Assembly (NCBI GenBank): GCA_964358705.1
Contig: CAYHPL010000001.1
Coordinates: 129,202-193,201 of the forward strand
Reading direction: 5' to 3'
Source of the DNA: an uncultured Chitinophagales bacterium
GTDB taxonomy: Bacteria; Bacteroidota; Ignavibacteria; UBA10030; F1-140-MAGs086
Length of the DNA: 64,000 nt
The notes below the pieces were generated by a model, which had not been told where the DNA came from, did no database searches, and saw only the letters and a list, made by a program, of their open reading frames with translations. Below are positions 46,799-56,856 of the stretch, piece after piece. Positions within the stretch are counted from its first letter, which is position 1. Each line of letters opens with the position of its first letter. The translations under genes were made by a program, and so were the position numbers.

Positions 46799-49700
46799 TT
46801 ACTTCACCAACATCATCTTCCGTACAAGTGATTGCGCGTTTCCTACTTCATTAAGAATATGCAGGCGATAGAAATACACGCCGCTTGCAAATGCTGATGC
46901 GTTAAACGGAATTTCGTGTGTGCCTTCACTGAGTTTTTCATTGTGCAGCAACGTTGTCACTTCTCTTCCAAGCACATCATACACTTTCAATGTCGCTGTT
47001 TGTGGTTCGTGAATCGTGAATCGGATTGCTGTTCGCGGATTGAATGGATTGGGATAATTCTGGAATAACATAAATTCATTCGGAGAATTTTGTTCGTCGA
47101 GAATTTCAAGCGCGTTTAATTTTTGCGCTGTGGAGGATTTTACCAAACCGTTTGATTCCCACGCATGTTTGATTCCTTTCAAACGCACTGCATACGATTT
47201 TTTATCTGTTACAACACGAGTCGTATCAATAATATAATTTCCTGATTTCAGACTGTCATAAAATCGTGTATTCAATTGCTCAATAACGCCAACAAAATTT
47301 GTAAATGCAACAACGCTCGCAGAATCCACTACGCCGAATTTTGCATAGTATGTATTTGCGCTGTCAAGATAAATGCCAAGAGTATCAAGTGTTTTTCCCT
47401 TCATTTCCATTCCTGCAAGTGTTATGTTCGTATCAAGCAACAAACTGCCGAATCCTTTTGTTGTTTTTCCGTATTTACTTGCAAGCAAATTGAGCTTCAA
47501 TAATATTCCCTGCGCCCATCCTTTATTGTTTGTTTTCTTGTAATCCGGTTTTACTGCCTTTGAAAGTTTCTTTGATTTTTTCCCTTCTGTACGCAATGAA
47601 TCGAGCGGATATGCTTTCCCTGTATGTTCAATAGTGAAAAATTTTCCTAAGTCCGTTGCTTTTTTATAAGCCACCCATGCATATTTTTTAATAGAATCTT
47701 TTTCAATTTGTTTTATGCCAAGAAAAGTTGCGCCGCTTTTTCCCAGTGTATCGAAAACATTTTCGAGAACGGTTTTGATATTTGGCAATCCGCTGGTAAG
47801 TACGCCATTCTTGAATTTCAGTTTGATTGCTTTTGCAGTAAGTTCGCTGGTAACTGCTTTAAACGTGCGGAACTGCAGCGTATCTTTATTCGGTCCATCC
47901 AAACGCATCAAACGGAAACCATCTTCGCCTGTATATGTTGGCGTTTCACTTTCTTCGTAGCGAAAAGAAACGTATGCCTGATAGCCGGTTCCTCCTTCAA
48001 CATTCATTGCATAAATTCTCTTCGCAAGAAATCCTGCGAAAATATTGTACAACGGTTTTCCAATCACGAAACGCGCGTACCCGCTGTCGCTTGCGAATGT
48101 GGAAGAAACGGTATCAATGACAGTGTTTGCGCTTGAATCAAGTTGCGAAGAAAAATTGTAAATAGATTCAAGTGTATCAGCAAGAGTATTGGGTGATGTT
48201 GTGAGTGTAATTGATGTCGGGTTTGTTCCGTTGCCATCAAACGCAATTTTTGTATTGTTGCTTTCAAAACGATATTCACTTGTTGAGCCGGCGAGAATGG
48301 CACGTTGGATTGAACCATCAATTATTGATGCATCACCAGTCAAAGCATTCGCGGCGGAATTTGTTACAACAAGTGTATCGCTTCCTAATTTTACATTTGT
48401 CAGCAATGTGAGTGTTCCCTGCACTGTCATATTCCCGCTTGATTTTATTGAAGCAGTTTGCGTCAGCGTGTTGTTCAATTCATTTCCTTTCATTGGAATT
48501 GCGCCAAGCGTAAGATTGTAAAATGTACTTCCATCAATTGTAGAAGAATCATCGGGTGTGTTTGAAACGCTTGAAGTGCCTGCACTGAAACCGCCGCTTT
48601 TATTCCAGTCGCCATTGAATGTAATATTACTTCCGTTTGCGTTGAATTGTCCGCCCTCTATATTGACATCATTCATTACCGTTAATGATTTATTTGCGCC
48701 GGTAGAAAATGTTCCGGATGTCAGCGTAAAATTATTTGAAACTGTCGCTGTCCCCGTGAGCGTAACGGTGCCTGATGGTTTATTGATGGTAAGATTTTTA
48801 AAATTGGATGCGCCAACAGATTGCGCTAACGTACTATCGAAGAGCGTTGTACCAGTAGTTGTGAACGTTCCTGATTTTGTCCAGTTGCCGCGAACGGGAA
48901 ATGTTTTTCCTGCATCGTTTAAAGTGCCGGTAATATTGACAGAACCGAATTTAATATCTGCACTGCCAGAAAGTGTTGTAGTGCCGCTGAATGTTGTTGT
49001 AGCAATGCTTGTGTAATTTCCATTTGCAACAAGAGCGCCATTTATCGTTGTTTTTCCTGTGTCGGAATTTTCGGTGAAACTTGCAGTTGCATTGATAGTG
49101 AACGTTCCGTTAGTCGTAAAATTTCCTGACGGAGAGTAATTTCCCGTTCCGCTTAAAAGTAAATTGCCGAAAGTTGCGCCGGGAATATTTCTATCTGTTG
49201 TGCCGGGAAGTTCGCAGATGCTTGTAGTTGCAAAATACACGGGAGAAAAATTTTGCGGGAAATTTGTCCCTCCTGCAAGTTTAAAAACGCTTGTGCCATA
49301 CACAGCAAAAGAATCGCTTGCGGTTGCTCTGTTTGCAGTAAATGTGGAAATATCAAATGTACCGCTCGTAAGAATCAATTTCGAACTCAATGTGATGTTG
49401 GTGAGAAGGAAAAGCGCTCCAGAAGATTTATTGACACGAAGCGTACGAAACTGTGTTGCTGTTGCTCCGCTGATTGTTTGCGCGTTTACTCCCGTAAATT
49501 CAACAATGTTACTTGTTGCAGTGGTGTACGAGCCATTGTTAATCCAGTTTCCTGAAATCTGATGCGTTTTACTCGAACTGCCTGCAAATATTACTCCGTT
49601 ATCAATTGTCAGATCGCCTGTAATGATAATTGATTCTGTTGCGGTTTTTGTTCCGCTGCCGGAGAATTGCAAATTTCCGTAATTGCGGTTGCTAATTGTC

Positions 49701-50416
49701 TGCGAGCCGCCGTTGAAAATTACATTGCTCGTGGTTGCAAGTGTGTAAGTGAAATAGTTAATCGGAAATGCATTTGTTCCTCCGATTTTGAGAGTTGATG
49801 TTCCTGCAAGGAGAAATAATCCGCTCCCTGAAGTTGTGCGGTCAATAGAAAATGCGCCTATATCAATCGTTCCAGCAGAATCAATCCAGTTGGAATTGAC
49901 ATTCATTGATGCGAGAAGAGTAACCGTTCCGGAAGATTTATTGATAATAAAATTATCAATAACTGTATTTCCTCCGCTTATTGATTGGTCGTTTGCGCCG
50001 AAGAAACGCATCGTTCCGTTTGCTGTAACAAATTCACCGTTGTTCGTCCAATCACCGCCGATATTGATTGTGCCGCCGCCGCCGATGAGTATTATCGAAC
50101 CGTTGTTGATAATTCCCTGCGTTACTGTGAGTACTCTGCCATTCGTAAGTATAAGAGAATCGCCGAGAGATTCCTTATCCATCAGCATTGCCGCACAGGT
50201 TGCGCTGGAATTTGAAATTGTTACCGTAATAGGATTGCCGTTATTGTGGTCAATAACGACACTATCGGTACCTAATGGAACACCGGGGGAATCCCAGATA
50301 TTCGGATTGCTCCAATCACCGGATGCAATTGCTTCCTTTTTTTCTGCAAAGGCAATTGTATGTGTGAGTACGCAAATAAAAAGAACTGCAAATAAACGTT
50401 GTAACAAAGTTTTCAT
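46799..50416 (-). CDS. 1205-aa T9SS-secreted beta-helical adhesin-like protein
   Basis: Signal peptide, long T/G/N/S-rich degenerate repeats, C-terminal NYPNPFNPRTAIRF...RKMMLVK T9SS sorting domain. Confidence 0.7.
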   Translation of the reverse strand: MKTLLQRLFAVLFICVLTHTIAFAEKKEAIASGDWSNPNIWDSPGVPLGTDSVVIDHNNGNPITVTISNSSATCAAMLMDKESLGDSLILTNGRVLTVTQGIINNGSIILIGGGGTINIGGDWTNNGEFVTANGTMRFFGANDQSISGGNTVIDNFIINKSSGTVTLLASMNVNSNWIDSAGTIDIGAFSIDRTTSGSGLFLLAGTSTLKIGGTNAFPINYFTYTLATTSNVIFNGGSQTISNRNYGNLQFSGSGTKTATESIIITGDLTIDNGVIFAGSSSKTHQISGNWINNGSYTTATSNIVEFTGVNAQTISGATATQFRTLRVNKSSGALFLLTNITLSSKLILTSGTFDISTFTANRATASDSFAVYGTSVFKLAGGTNFPQNFSPVYFATTSICELPGTTDRNIPGATFGNLLLSGTGNYSPSGNFTTNGTFTINATASFTENSDTGKTTINGALVANGNYTSIATTTFSGTTTLSGSADIKFGSVNITGTLNDAGKTFPVRGNWTKSGTFTTTGTTLFDSTLAQSVGASNFKNLTINKPSGTVTLTGTATVSNNFTLTSGTFSTGANKSLTVMNDVNIEGGQFNANGSNITFNGDWNKSGGFSAGTSSVSNTPDDSSTIDGSTFYNLTLGAIPMKGNELNNTLTQTASIKSSGNMTVQGTLTLLTNVKLGSDTLVVTNSAANALTGDASIIDGSIQRAILAGSTSEYRFESNNTKIAFDGNGTNPTSITLTTSPNTLADTLESIYNFSSQLDSSANTVIDTVSSTFASDSGYARFVIGKPLYNIFAGFLAKRIYAMNVEGGTGYQAYVSFRYEESETPTYTGEDGFRLMRLDGPNKDTLQFRTFKAVTSELTAKAIKLKFKNGVLTSGLPNIKTVLENVFDTLGKSGATFLGIKQIEKDSIKKYAWVAYKKATDLGKFFTIEHTGKAYPLDSLRTEGKKSKKLSKAVKPDYKKTNNKGWAQGILLKLNLLASKYGKTTKGFGSLLLDTNITLAGMEMKGKTLDTLGIYLDSANTYYAKFGVVDSASVVAFTNFVGVIEQLNTRFYDSLKSGNYIIDTTRVVTDKKSYAVRLKGIKHAWESNGLVKSSTAQKLNALEILDEQNSPNEFMLFQNYPNPFNPRTAIRFTIHEPQTATLKVYDVLGREVTTLLHNEKLSEGTHEIPFNASAFASGVYFYRLHILNEVGNAQSLVRKMMLVK

Positions 50417-50495
50417 AATACACCATTCGTAATTTTAAAGTGGAGAGTGTGAGACTGTTTAATTCTGGGATGAATATAGAAAATTTTGAGTGAAG

Positions 50496-50517
50496 AACAT
50501 TTTGAGTTCAAAATGTT
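50496..50517. promoter_or_regulatory. perfect 22-bp palindrome AACATTTTGA-GT-TCAAAATGTT upstream of the adhesin gene
   Basis: Two 10-bp arms around a 2-bp centre, ~80 bp upstream of the 46799..50416 start. Adjacent direct repeat ATTTTGAGT. Confidence 0.3.
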
Positions 50518-50962
50518 TTTTCCACTGCGTATCCCTTATCACCCAATTAACCACAGAAAAAGTACCTTTTTGTTATTCCGTTTGTCGTGCAGTTATGTTG
50601 CAACTATTTTTTAAATGAACGGCGCTTTCACGGAAAAACATTTGTCAATTAATAACTTCTTCAGTGAAGTTCATTGTTTCTTTTATGAACATCAGCGAGA
50701 TGAAATATTCAATTGTCACAAAAAAATATGTTTTTGAGATACCAAAATAATTTTTTAACTTCTCACCGAATTATTTTAAGCGATGATATTAATAAATATT
50801 TCTGTAAACCCAAAAATGAAAAAATACAGCACGTATTTATTTTTCATCGAATCGTATTTTCTTTCGTTCACTGTTTTACTCTTTCCACGAAAATAGAAAA
50901 TTACCAAACACGCACAACACAAATCAAAAAAATAATATTAATCACATACAAAGGCAACTGGT

Positions 50963-53900
50963 ATGGAGAAGAAATCACCACTCAATATAAATCAAACAGC
51001 ACAAAATATCTCCGGGCTTGAAGATATTACACAACCGTTGCAAGAAATTGAGCAACGCTATCAATTGCTCTATGAACTCACGCCCATTGGAATTATTTTT
51101 TCGGATGACAACGGAATTATTCTGGACGTGAACAGCACGTTCTCTCAATCACTCCAGTACACACGGGAAGAACTGCTTGGGAATAACGTGCGGATGTTCG
51201 TTCCTCCGGAGAATCATTACAAGGTAGATGAACATATTAAGAAGATTCTTGCGGGAGAAACTTTAGAGCATGAAGTAACGAATCGCAGAAAAGACGGTTC
51301 CGTGCATATCATTGAATTGTACGAGACTGCTATCATCTTGCCCAATGGGCGGCGAGGAATTCTTACCGTCGCCAATGACATTACCGAGCGCAAAAAGGCA
51401 GAGAAAGCGTTACGGGAAAGCGAAGCAAAATATCAACAACTTTCGGATGCTACGTTTGAATCTATCTTCATTTCTGAAAAAGGTATTTGCACCGGTCAAA
51501 ATAAAACCGCTGAACGAATGTTTGGTTATACACTTGAAGAAGCGTTAGGAAGATATGGAACGGAATGGATTCATCCTGATTATCGAGAAATAGTAATGAA
51601 CAATATACTTGCCGGTTTTGAAAAACCGTATGAAGTTGTTGCATTACGAAAAGACGGAAGCACCTTCCCTTGCGAGATTCAGGGACGAATGACAAAAGAT
51701 GAAACTGGTAAATCCATCCGTATAACTGCGTTGCGGGATATAACAGAACGTAAACAAGCGGAAGAATCACTGCACCAGCACCTGCGGTTTGCTGGTGCGC
51801 TTAACGAAGTATCTGAAAGTATTATCCTGAACGATTGTCCAGATATTTTTTTGGAATCAACCACACAGATTGTCGGTGAGGCACTTATGGTTGACCGCTC
51901 GTTGATTTACGATGTATCTTTCGATAAGTATCAAGCCATTGCGCTTTGCGAGTGGATGAATCCGATGCACTCAGATATCAAGCCAACGAAGTCAACGTAT
52001 CCGTTAGGAATGTTTATCGGTGGAGCAACGGAGATGAGACGAACAAAGCAATGGTTGGAAAGTCATTCCGACAACATCAATTTATATTTTCATAATGATG
52101 GCTCCGGCGAAATTCTTCATCAGCAAATGAAAATTCAAAGTCTGTTATGGTATCCTTTTGCTTTCTACGATGGTGGATATTATCTGCTTGTATTGAATCA
52201 AGTTCATACACGAAGTGAATGGACGAAAGAAGAACTTAATTTTATTGATTCTGTTAGTAAACTCGTAAGTATTTCACTTGATAAGAACCGCCTCCTTAAA
52301 GAACGCAAGCAAGCGGAAGAATCCCTTCGGCAGTCTCACCAATTAGCGGAAACCATCTTCGATAATACGCACTTGATGATTGCCTATCTTGATTCACAGT
52401 TCAATTTCATACGCGTCAATTGTGCGTATGCTTCTGCTGACGGACATGAACCTTCCTTTTATATTGGCAAAAATCACTTTGAACTATTTCCACATCAGGA
52501 GAATAAAGAAATATTTCAACGAGTGGTGGATTCTGGGGAAACGTATTTCTCATTTGCGAAACCGTTTGAATATGCAGAAAATCCTGAACGTGGAGTGAGC
52601 TATTGGGATTGGAGTCTTAAACCAATCAAAGGCACAGATGAAAAGACAGTGGGATTGATTATGTCTCTGATAAATGTTACTGAGCGGATATTATCGGAAT
52701 TTGCATTGCGCGCGCGAGAGAATCATTCACAATCACTGCTGCGCCTTTCCAGAAAGTTTGAAGTTGCACAAACGTATGCCGAAGTTCAAAATATCGCCCT
52801 CGAAGAATTGAAATCCACTCTCGGTTATCAATCTCTGTGGATTTATCTAATGACTGAAGACAAAAAATATTTCAAAGTCCTTACTATTAATGGACCAATG
52901 TCTGACATGATATTGTCAGATGATAGAATTGCCACCCTCACCATTCAGGGTGATAGTTTTCTCGAAGAGATAGCAGAAGCAAAAGCGATAGTGGTAGTTG
53001 AAGATGCACGGACGGACAAGCGAACCAACAAAGATATTGTTGCGAGACTCGGAAACCGCACGATAATAAATGTTCCTATTTTCCTATTCGATAAACACAT
53101 CGGTAGTGTTGGTACAGGAACATTTGGAGAAGAGGGCATTTGTGTTCCTACAAAACTTGAGCAGGAATATTTGTCTGCAATGGCAAGCCATCTCGCCGTT
53201 ACACTCGACCGAATTCATTTGCTCGATGAACGTAAGCGAACGGAAATGGAAAGGGAAACGAATCGTCAGATACAGGAAGTATTGAATGGTCTTCTCCGCG
53301 CTTCAACAGAGAACATTTCATTAGATGATATACTTGAACGAGTATTGATGCTCACACTTTCTGCTCCATTTCTATCGCTACAACCAATGGGCGGTATATT
53401 TCTTACTAACGAAACAGGAGATGCGTTGCTGATGCACTGTAGTTATAAATTACCAGCATCACTACTCACAATGTGCCATACGGTGCCTTTTGGATTTTGC
53501 CTTTGTGGACGTGCTGCCGAAACCGGACAAGTTCAGTTTGCGACATGTGTTGATGAGCGGCATGAGAATCGCTACCCGGGAATACTGCCTCATGGACATT
53601 ATAATATTCCCATCATTGCTGATGACAAGATACTTGGTGTAATTGTTATTTATCTGGTGGAAGGACATCTGCAACAACAGTTGGAATTGAATTTTCTTAA
53701 ATCGGTTGCGGATATACTTTCAGGAACAATTATGAAAAAGCGTGCAGAAGAATCGTTGCGGCGCAGCGAAGAAAAATATAAAACATTTTTCGAAGACGAT
53801 TTAACTGCCGATTACATTGCAACTGCCTCTGGTCAATTATTAGAGTGCAATCCTGCGTTTGTACGAATGTTCGGCTTCAGTTCATTACAGGAAGCATTGG

Positions 53901-55270
53901 CTACGAATACAGTCGTACTGCATTTGAAACCGGAAATGCGCGATGAATTTCTTGCTCTGCTTCAGTTGAAGAAGAAACTTGAATACTTCGAAGCAAAATT
54001 TCTTCGCAGAGATGGCACATACGTGGATGTTGTTGCAAACATTACCGGAATCTTTGATGAAGAAGGAACTCTGACGAAGATGCGTGGATATTTGTTCGAT
54101 GATACAAAACGAAAACTGCTTGAGCAACAACTCATTCACGCACAAAAGATTGAAAGTCTCGGAACACTTGCGGGCGGGATTGCGCACGACTTCAATAATA
54201 TACTTGCGATTGTAAGTGGAAATGCTGCATTGATGCATTTGCAAATTACGCAACCTGAAAAGTTAGCAAAGAGTATTGATGCGATACAAAAGGCATCAGT
54301 ACGAGGAACTTCGCTCGTGAAGCAAATGCTTACGTTCGCACGTAAAACGGATACCGTGTTCATTTCCGTTGCAGTGAATGATGTTATTACAGAAGTCAAA
54401 GAATTGTTGTTTGAAACAATTCCGCGAACAATTGTCATCAAAACAAACCTGCAAGCAGAATTCAGTACTATTAATGCAGATGTATCGCAACTACATCAGG
54501 TATTTATGAATCTGTGCGTCAATGCGCGTGATGCAATGCCAAAGGGAGGAACACTGACCATTTCTACTGTTGTCGTTCAGAGTGATGCAGTGAAAAGTAA
54601 ATTTATTAACGCTCCTGCTTCAGAATATATTTTGGTTACCGTTTCTGATACAGGAATCGGAATAGATGATGTAACAATGAAAAGAATATTTGAACCGTTC
54701 TTTACTACGAAAGATATTGGCAAAGGTACGGGATTAGGGCTTGCTCTTGTCTATTCTATCATTGATAATCATAAGGGATTCATTGACGTAGTAAGTGAAA
54801 TTGGAAAAGGTACAACGTTTCTCATTTACTTGCCATTGGAAGCAGATGTTGAAATGAAGGAACGCATCTCTGATGAGAATATTTCCGTTATGCAGGGCGG
54901 TACAGAAACTATCCTTCTCATTGAAGATGAAGAAATGCTTGCTGAATTAGTAAAAGGTATTCTTGAAACAAATGGGTACAAAGTTCTCCTTGCGTTTGAT
55001 GGCGAAGAAGGTATTGAAGTGTTTGCTCAATATCGCAACAAGATTGCCTGCGTGATTACTGATTTGGGTTTGCCGAGACTTAGCGGCGATGAAGTCGTTG
55101 TGCATATCAAAGCTCTTGATGCTCATGCAAAGATTATTGTTGCAAGCGGTTTCATTGACCCGAAAAACAAGATTGAAATTATGAAAGAGGGAGTAGTGCA
55201 TTTTATTCTCAAGCCCTACTCAGCCAATGAAATTCTTTCTGTTCTTCGTACAGTTATCGAGGGAAAATAA
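50963..55270 (+). CDS. multi-sensor hybrid histidine kinase (multiple PAS and GAF domains, HisKA, HATPase, C-terminal REC)
   Basis: PAS S-box segments; HisKA (AHDFNNILA); HATPase (DTGIGI..GTGLGLA); REC (LLIEDE...ITDLGLP). Confidence 0.9.
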   Translation: MEKKSPLNINQTAQNISGLEDITQPLQEIEQRYQLLYELTPIGIIFSDDNGIILDVNSTFSQSLQYTREELLGNNVRMFVPPENHYKVDEHIKKILAGETLEHEVTNRRKDGSVHIIELYETAIILPNGRRGILTVANDITERKKAEKALRESEAKYQQLSDATFESIFISEKGICTGQNKTAERMFGYTLEEALGRYGTEWIHPDYREIVMNNILAGFEKPYEVVALRKDGSTFPCEIQGRMTKDETGKSIRITALRDITERKQAEESLHQHLRFAGALNEVSESIILNDCPDIFLESTTQIVGEALMVDRSLIYDVSFDKYQAIALCEWMNPMHSDIKPTKSTYPLGMFIGGATEMRRTKQWLESHSDNINLYFHNDGSGEILHQQMKIQSLLWYPFAFYDGGYYLLVLNQVHTRSEWTKEELNFIDSVSKLVSISLDKNRLLKERKQAEESLRQSHQLAETIFDNTHLMIAYLDSQFNFIRVNCAYASADGHEPSFYIGKNHFELFPHQENKEIFQRVVDSGETYFSFAKPFEYAENPERGVSYWDWSLKPIKGTDEKTVGLIMSLINVTERILSEFALRARENHSQSLLRLSRKFEVAQTYAEVQNIALEELKSTLGYQSLWIYLMTEDKKYFKVLTINGPMSDMILSDDRIATLTIQGDSFLEEIAEAKAIVVVEDARTDKRTNKDIVARLGNRTIINVPIFLFDKHIGSVGTGTFGEEGICVPTKLEQEYLSAMASHLAVTLDRIHLLDERKRTEMERETNRQIQEVLNGLLRASTENISLDDILERVLMLTLSAPFLSLQPMGGIFLTNETGDALLMHCSYKLPASLLTMCHTVPFGFCLCGRAAETGQVQFATCVDERHENRYPGILPHGHYNIPIIADDKILGVIVIYLVEGHLQQQLELNFLKSVADILSGTIMKKRAEESLRRSEEKYKTFFEDDLTADYIATASGQLLECNPAFVRMFGFSSLQEALATNTVVLHLKPEMRDEFLALLQLKKKLEYFEAKFLRRDGTYVDVVANITGIFDEEGTLTKMRGYLFDDTKRKLLEQQLIHAQKIESLGTLAGGIAHDFNNILAIVSGNAALMHLQITQPEKLAKSIDAIQKASVRGTSLVKQMLTFARKTDTVFISVAVNDVITEVKELLFETIPRTIVIKTNLQAEFSTINADVSQLHQVFMNLCVNARDAMPKGGTLTISTVVVQSDAVKSKFINAPASEYILVTVSDTGIGIDDVTMKRIFEPFFTTKDIGKGTGLGLALVYSIIDNHKGFIDVVSEIGKGTTFLIYLPLEADVEMKERISDENISVMQGGTETILLIEDEEMLAELVKGILETNGYKVLLAFDGEEGIEVFAQYRNKIACVITDLGLPRLSGDEVVVHIKALDAHAKIIVASGFIDPKNKIEIMKEGVVHFILKPYSANEILSVLRTVIEGK

Positions 55271-55272
55271 TT

Positions 55273-56382
55273 TTATTCTATATCATCTGCAGCATCTTCT
55301 ACTTCTTCTTGAAACTTTTCGGTGTATTTGTTGACGAATTCTTCGTAGCAGTCTTCGAAGATATCACTTCCTGTCTTGTCGCCGTATTTACACTCTGTGT
55401 ACATCCAGTATTGGTCGCCGCCATTATGCTGAATTGCGGTCGTAACACCATTTTTGAACGGATTATCTTTTACCCATGCGGTCATCTTTGCAGCAACTGC
55501 TTCGAGTTTTTTCGCATCGGCTTTGATTTTGTAAGAAAGTCTTAAATGGGTTCCTTCATTATCAATCCAATAATGCCTTGCTCCTTCATCGTACGAGAAA
55601 CTCCACGACCCTTCTTTGCTCTTTGATTGCTTCGCCGCATAATTATCTGATAAACCGAGAAGCGCCGACATTGCGCCACGCGAATAGTACGTTTGTTTCG
55701 TATCCCGAATGTGGTCTAACTCTTCCCATCCTATTTTATCAGTTCTATCAATCAAGCCGTCACAAGTAAAATTAAAGTAGTATTGAATTGCTTCTCCGAG
55801 TGCGGATGGTTCAATTGGTGTTTCTTTTAAATTGATAGTCCCGACGAGTTTGTAGTATGTAATTCCTTCTTCATTATGCTTTTGCAGGGAAAGAACTATC
55901 TCGTCCCATTTATCATATTCATCCGTCAGTTCTTCCTGTAGTTTTGCATCATCATAGGGTATCCATGTGGTATCTATCGGAGTGGAATAAAATATCAACG
56001 TAACGGTGTTGCCGCTGCATTGCACATACGCAGGGCGGGAATATATTAATGCTCCACCCGTTGCTTCTATCGGGCTGGAGACTGGATTATAACTTCCACG
56101 TGTAATGCCTTGCCAGCAGCCAACGGTAGTATTACAGGATGTTGGTTGGAATACATCAATCGTTGGAACTTGTTCACCTGTTGCAAGTGTGAGTGGAAAT
56201 CCGCTATTGATGGCTTTGTTTAATGCCACTGCCATACAGTTCGGACCAAACCAACTGCGTTTTGCTTCGAGCCAACTGTTGCCAAGCGACATTTGTACTG
56301 CATCACCATCACAGTCTTCATTTTGCGCTTTCAGTACGGGTGAAACAATAATAAGCAATAAGAGCAATGTGAAATATTTCAT
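55273..56382 (-). CDS. secreted hypothetical protein (signal peptide, Cys-containing, acidic C-terminus)
   Basis: Long ORF with a clear signal peptide (MKYFTLLLLLIIVSPVLKAQ); no recognisable domain. Confidence 0.5.
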   Translation of the reverse strand: MKYFTLLLLLIIVSPVLKAQNEDCDGDAVQMSLGNSWLEAKRSWFGPNCMAVALNKAINSGFPLTLATGEQVPTIDVFQPTSCNTTVGCWQGITRGSYNPVSSPIEATGGALIYSRPAYVQCSGNTVTLIFYSTPIDTTWIPYDDAKLQEELTDEYDKWDEIVLSLQKHNEEGITYYKLVGTINLKETPIEPSALGEAIQYYFNFTCDGLIDRTDKIGWEELDHIRDTKQTYYSRGAMSALLGLSDNYAAKQSKSKEGSWSFSYDEGARHYWIDNEGTHLRLSYKIKADAKKLEAVAAKMTAWVKDNPFKNGVTTAIQHNGGDQYWMYTECKYGDKTGSDIFEDCYEEFVNKYTEKFQEEVEDAADDIE

Positions 56383-56585
56383 ATGATTAACCTTTCATTT
56401 AGATTTTATTAAGTAAATTCAATTCAAATATATCTATTGCCGTGAGAATTAGGCATACCACAAATGGGGTATTTTTTAAAAATTGATTTAATTTGAATTT
56501 TGGAACGAGCAATTCCTATTCTGTAAATGAAAAAGAGTCATTGACTTCCAATAGAATCTGCTCAAATTATGGCAAAATAAAGAAA

Positions 56586-56750
56586 ATAAATAGCGTTGTA
56601 TGTATAAACAATACTATTGTAATGGCTTGCAATAACATTGTTTATGTTTACTATATGATTGTATGCATCTGTAATACCATTGTGTTTGTATGCAATATAA
56701 TTGTATTAACGTGCAAAGGCATTGTATTATTATACAATAGCATTGTATGC
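56586..56750. repeat. 8 x 21-bp phased tandem repeat (core AATANCATTGTAT) upstream of 55273..56382
   Basis: ATTGT cores at 56607, 56628, 56649, 56670, 56691, 56712, 56733, plus TTGT at 56587, giving exact 21-bp spacing. Confidence 0.8.
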
Positions 56751-56856
56751 GATGAAATTAGTAAAATTATATAATAATCACCTATAGTATGATTCAAATT
56801 CAACAAAAAAGCCATCTTCTTTGCAAAAGATGGCTTTTCGTTTGTTTGATGAAATA

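Noticed and set aside
50713-51021. 102-aa ORF upstream of and overlapping the hybrid kinase start
   Set aside because: Low-complexity translation of an AT-rich leader. It overlaps the kinase start.
56493-56774. 93-aa ORF (NTIVxxC heptads)
   Set aside because: It is the translation of the second 21-bp repeat array and most likely non-coding.
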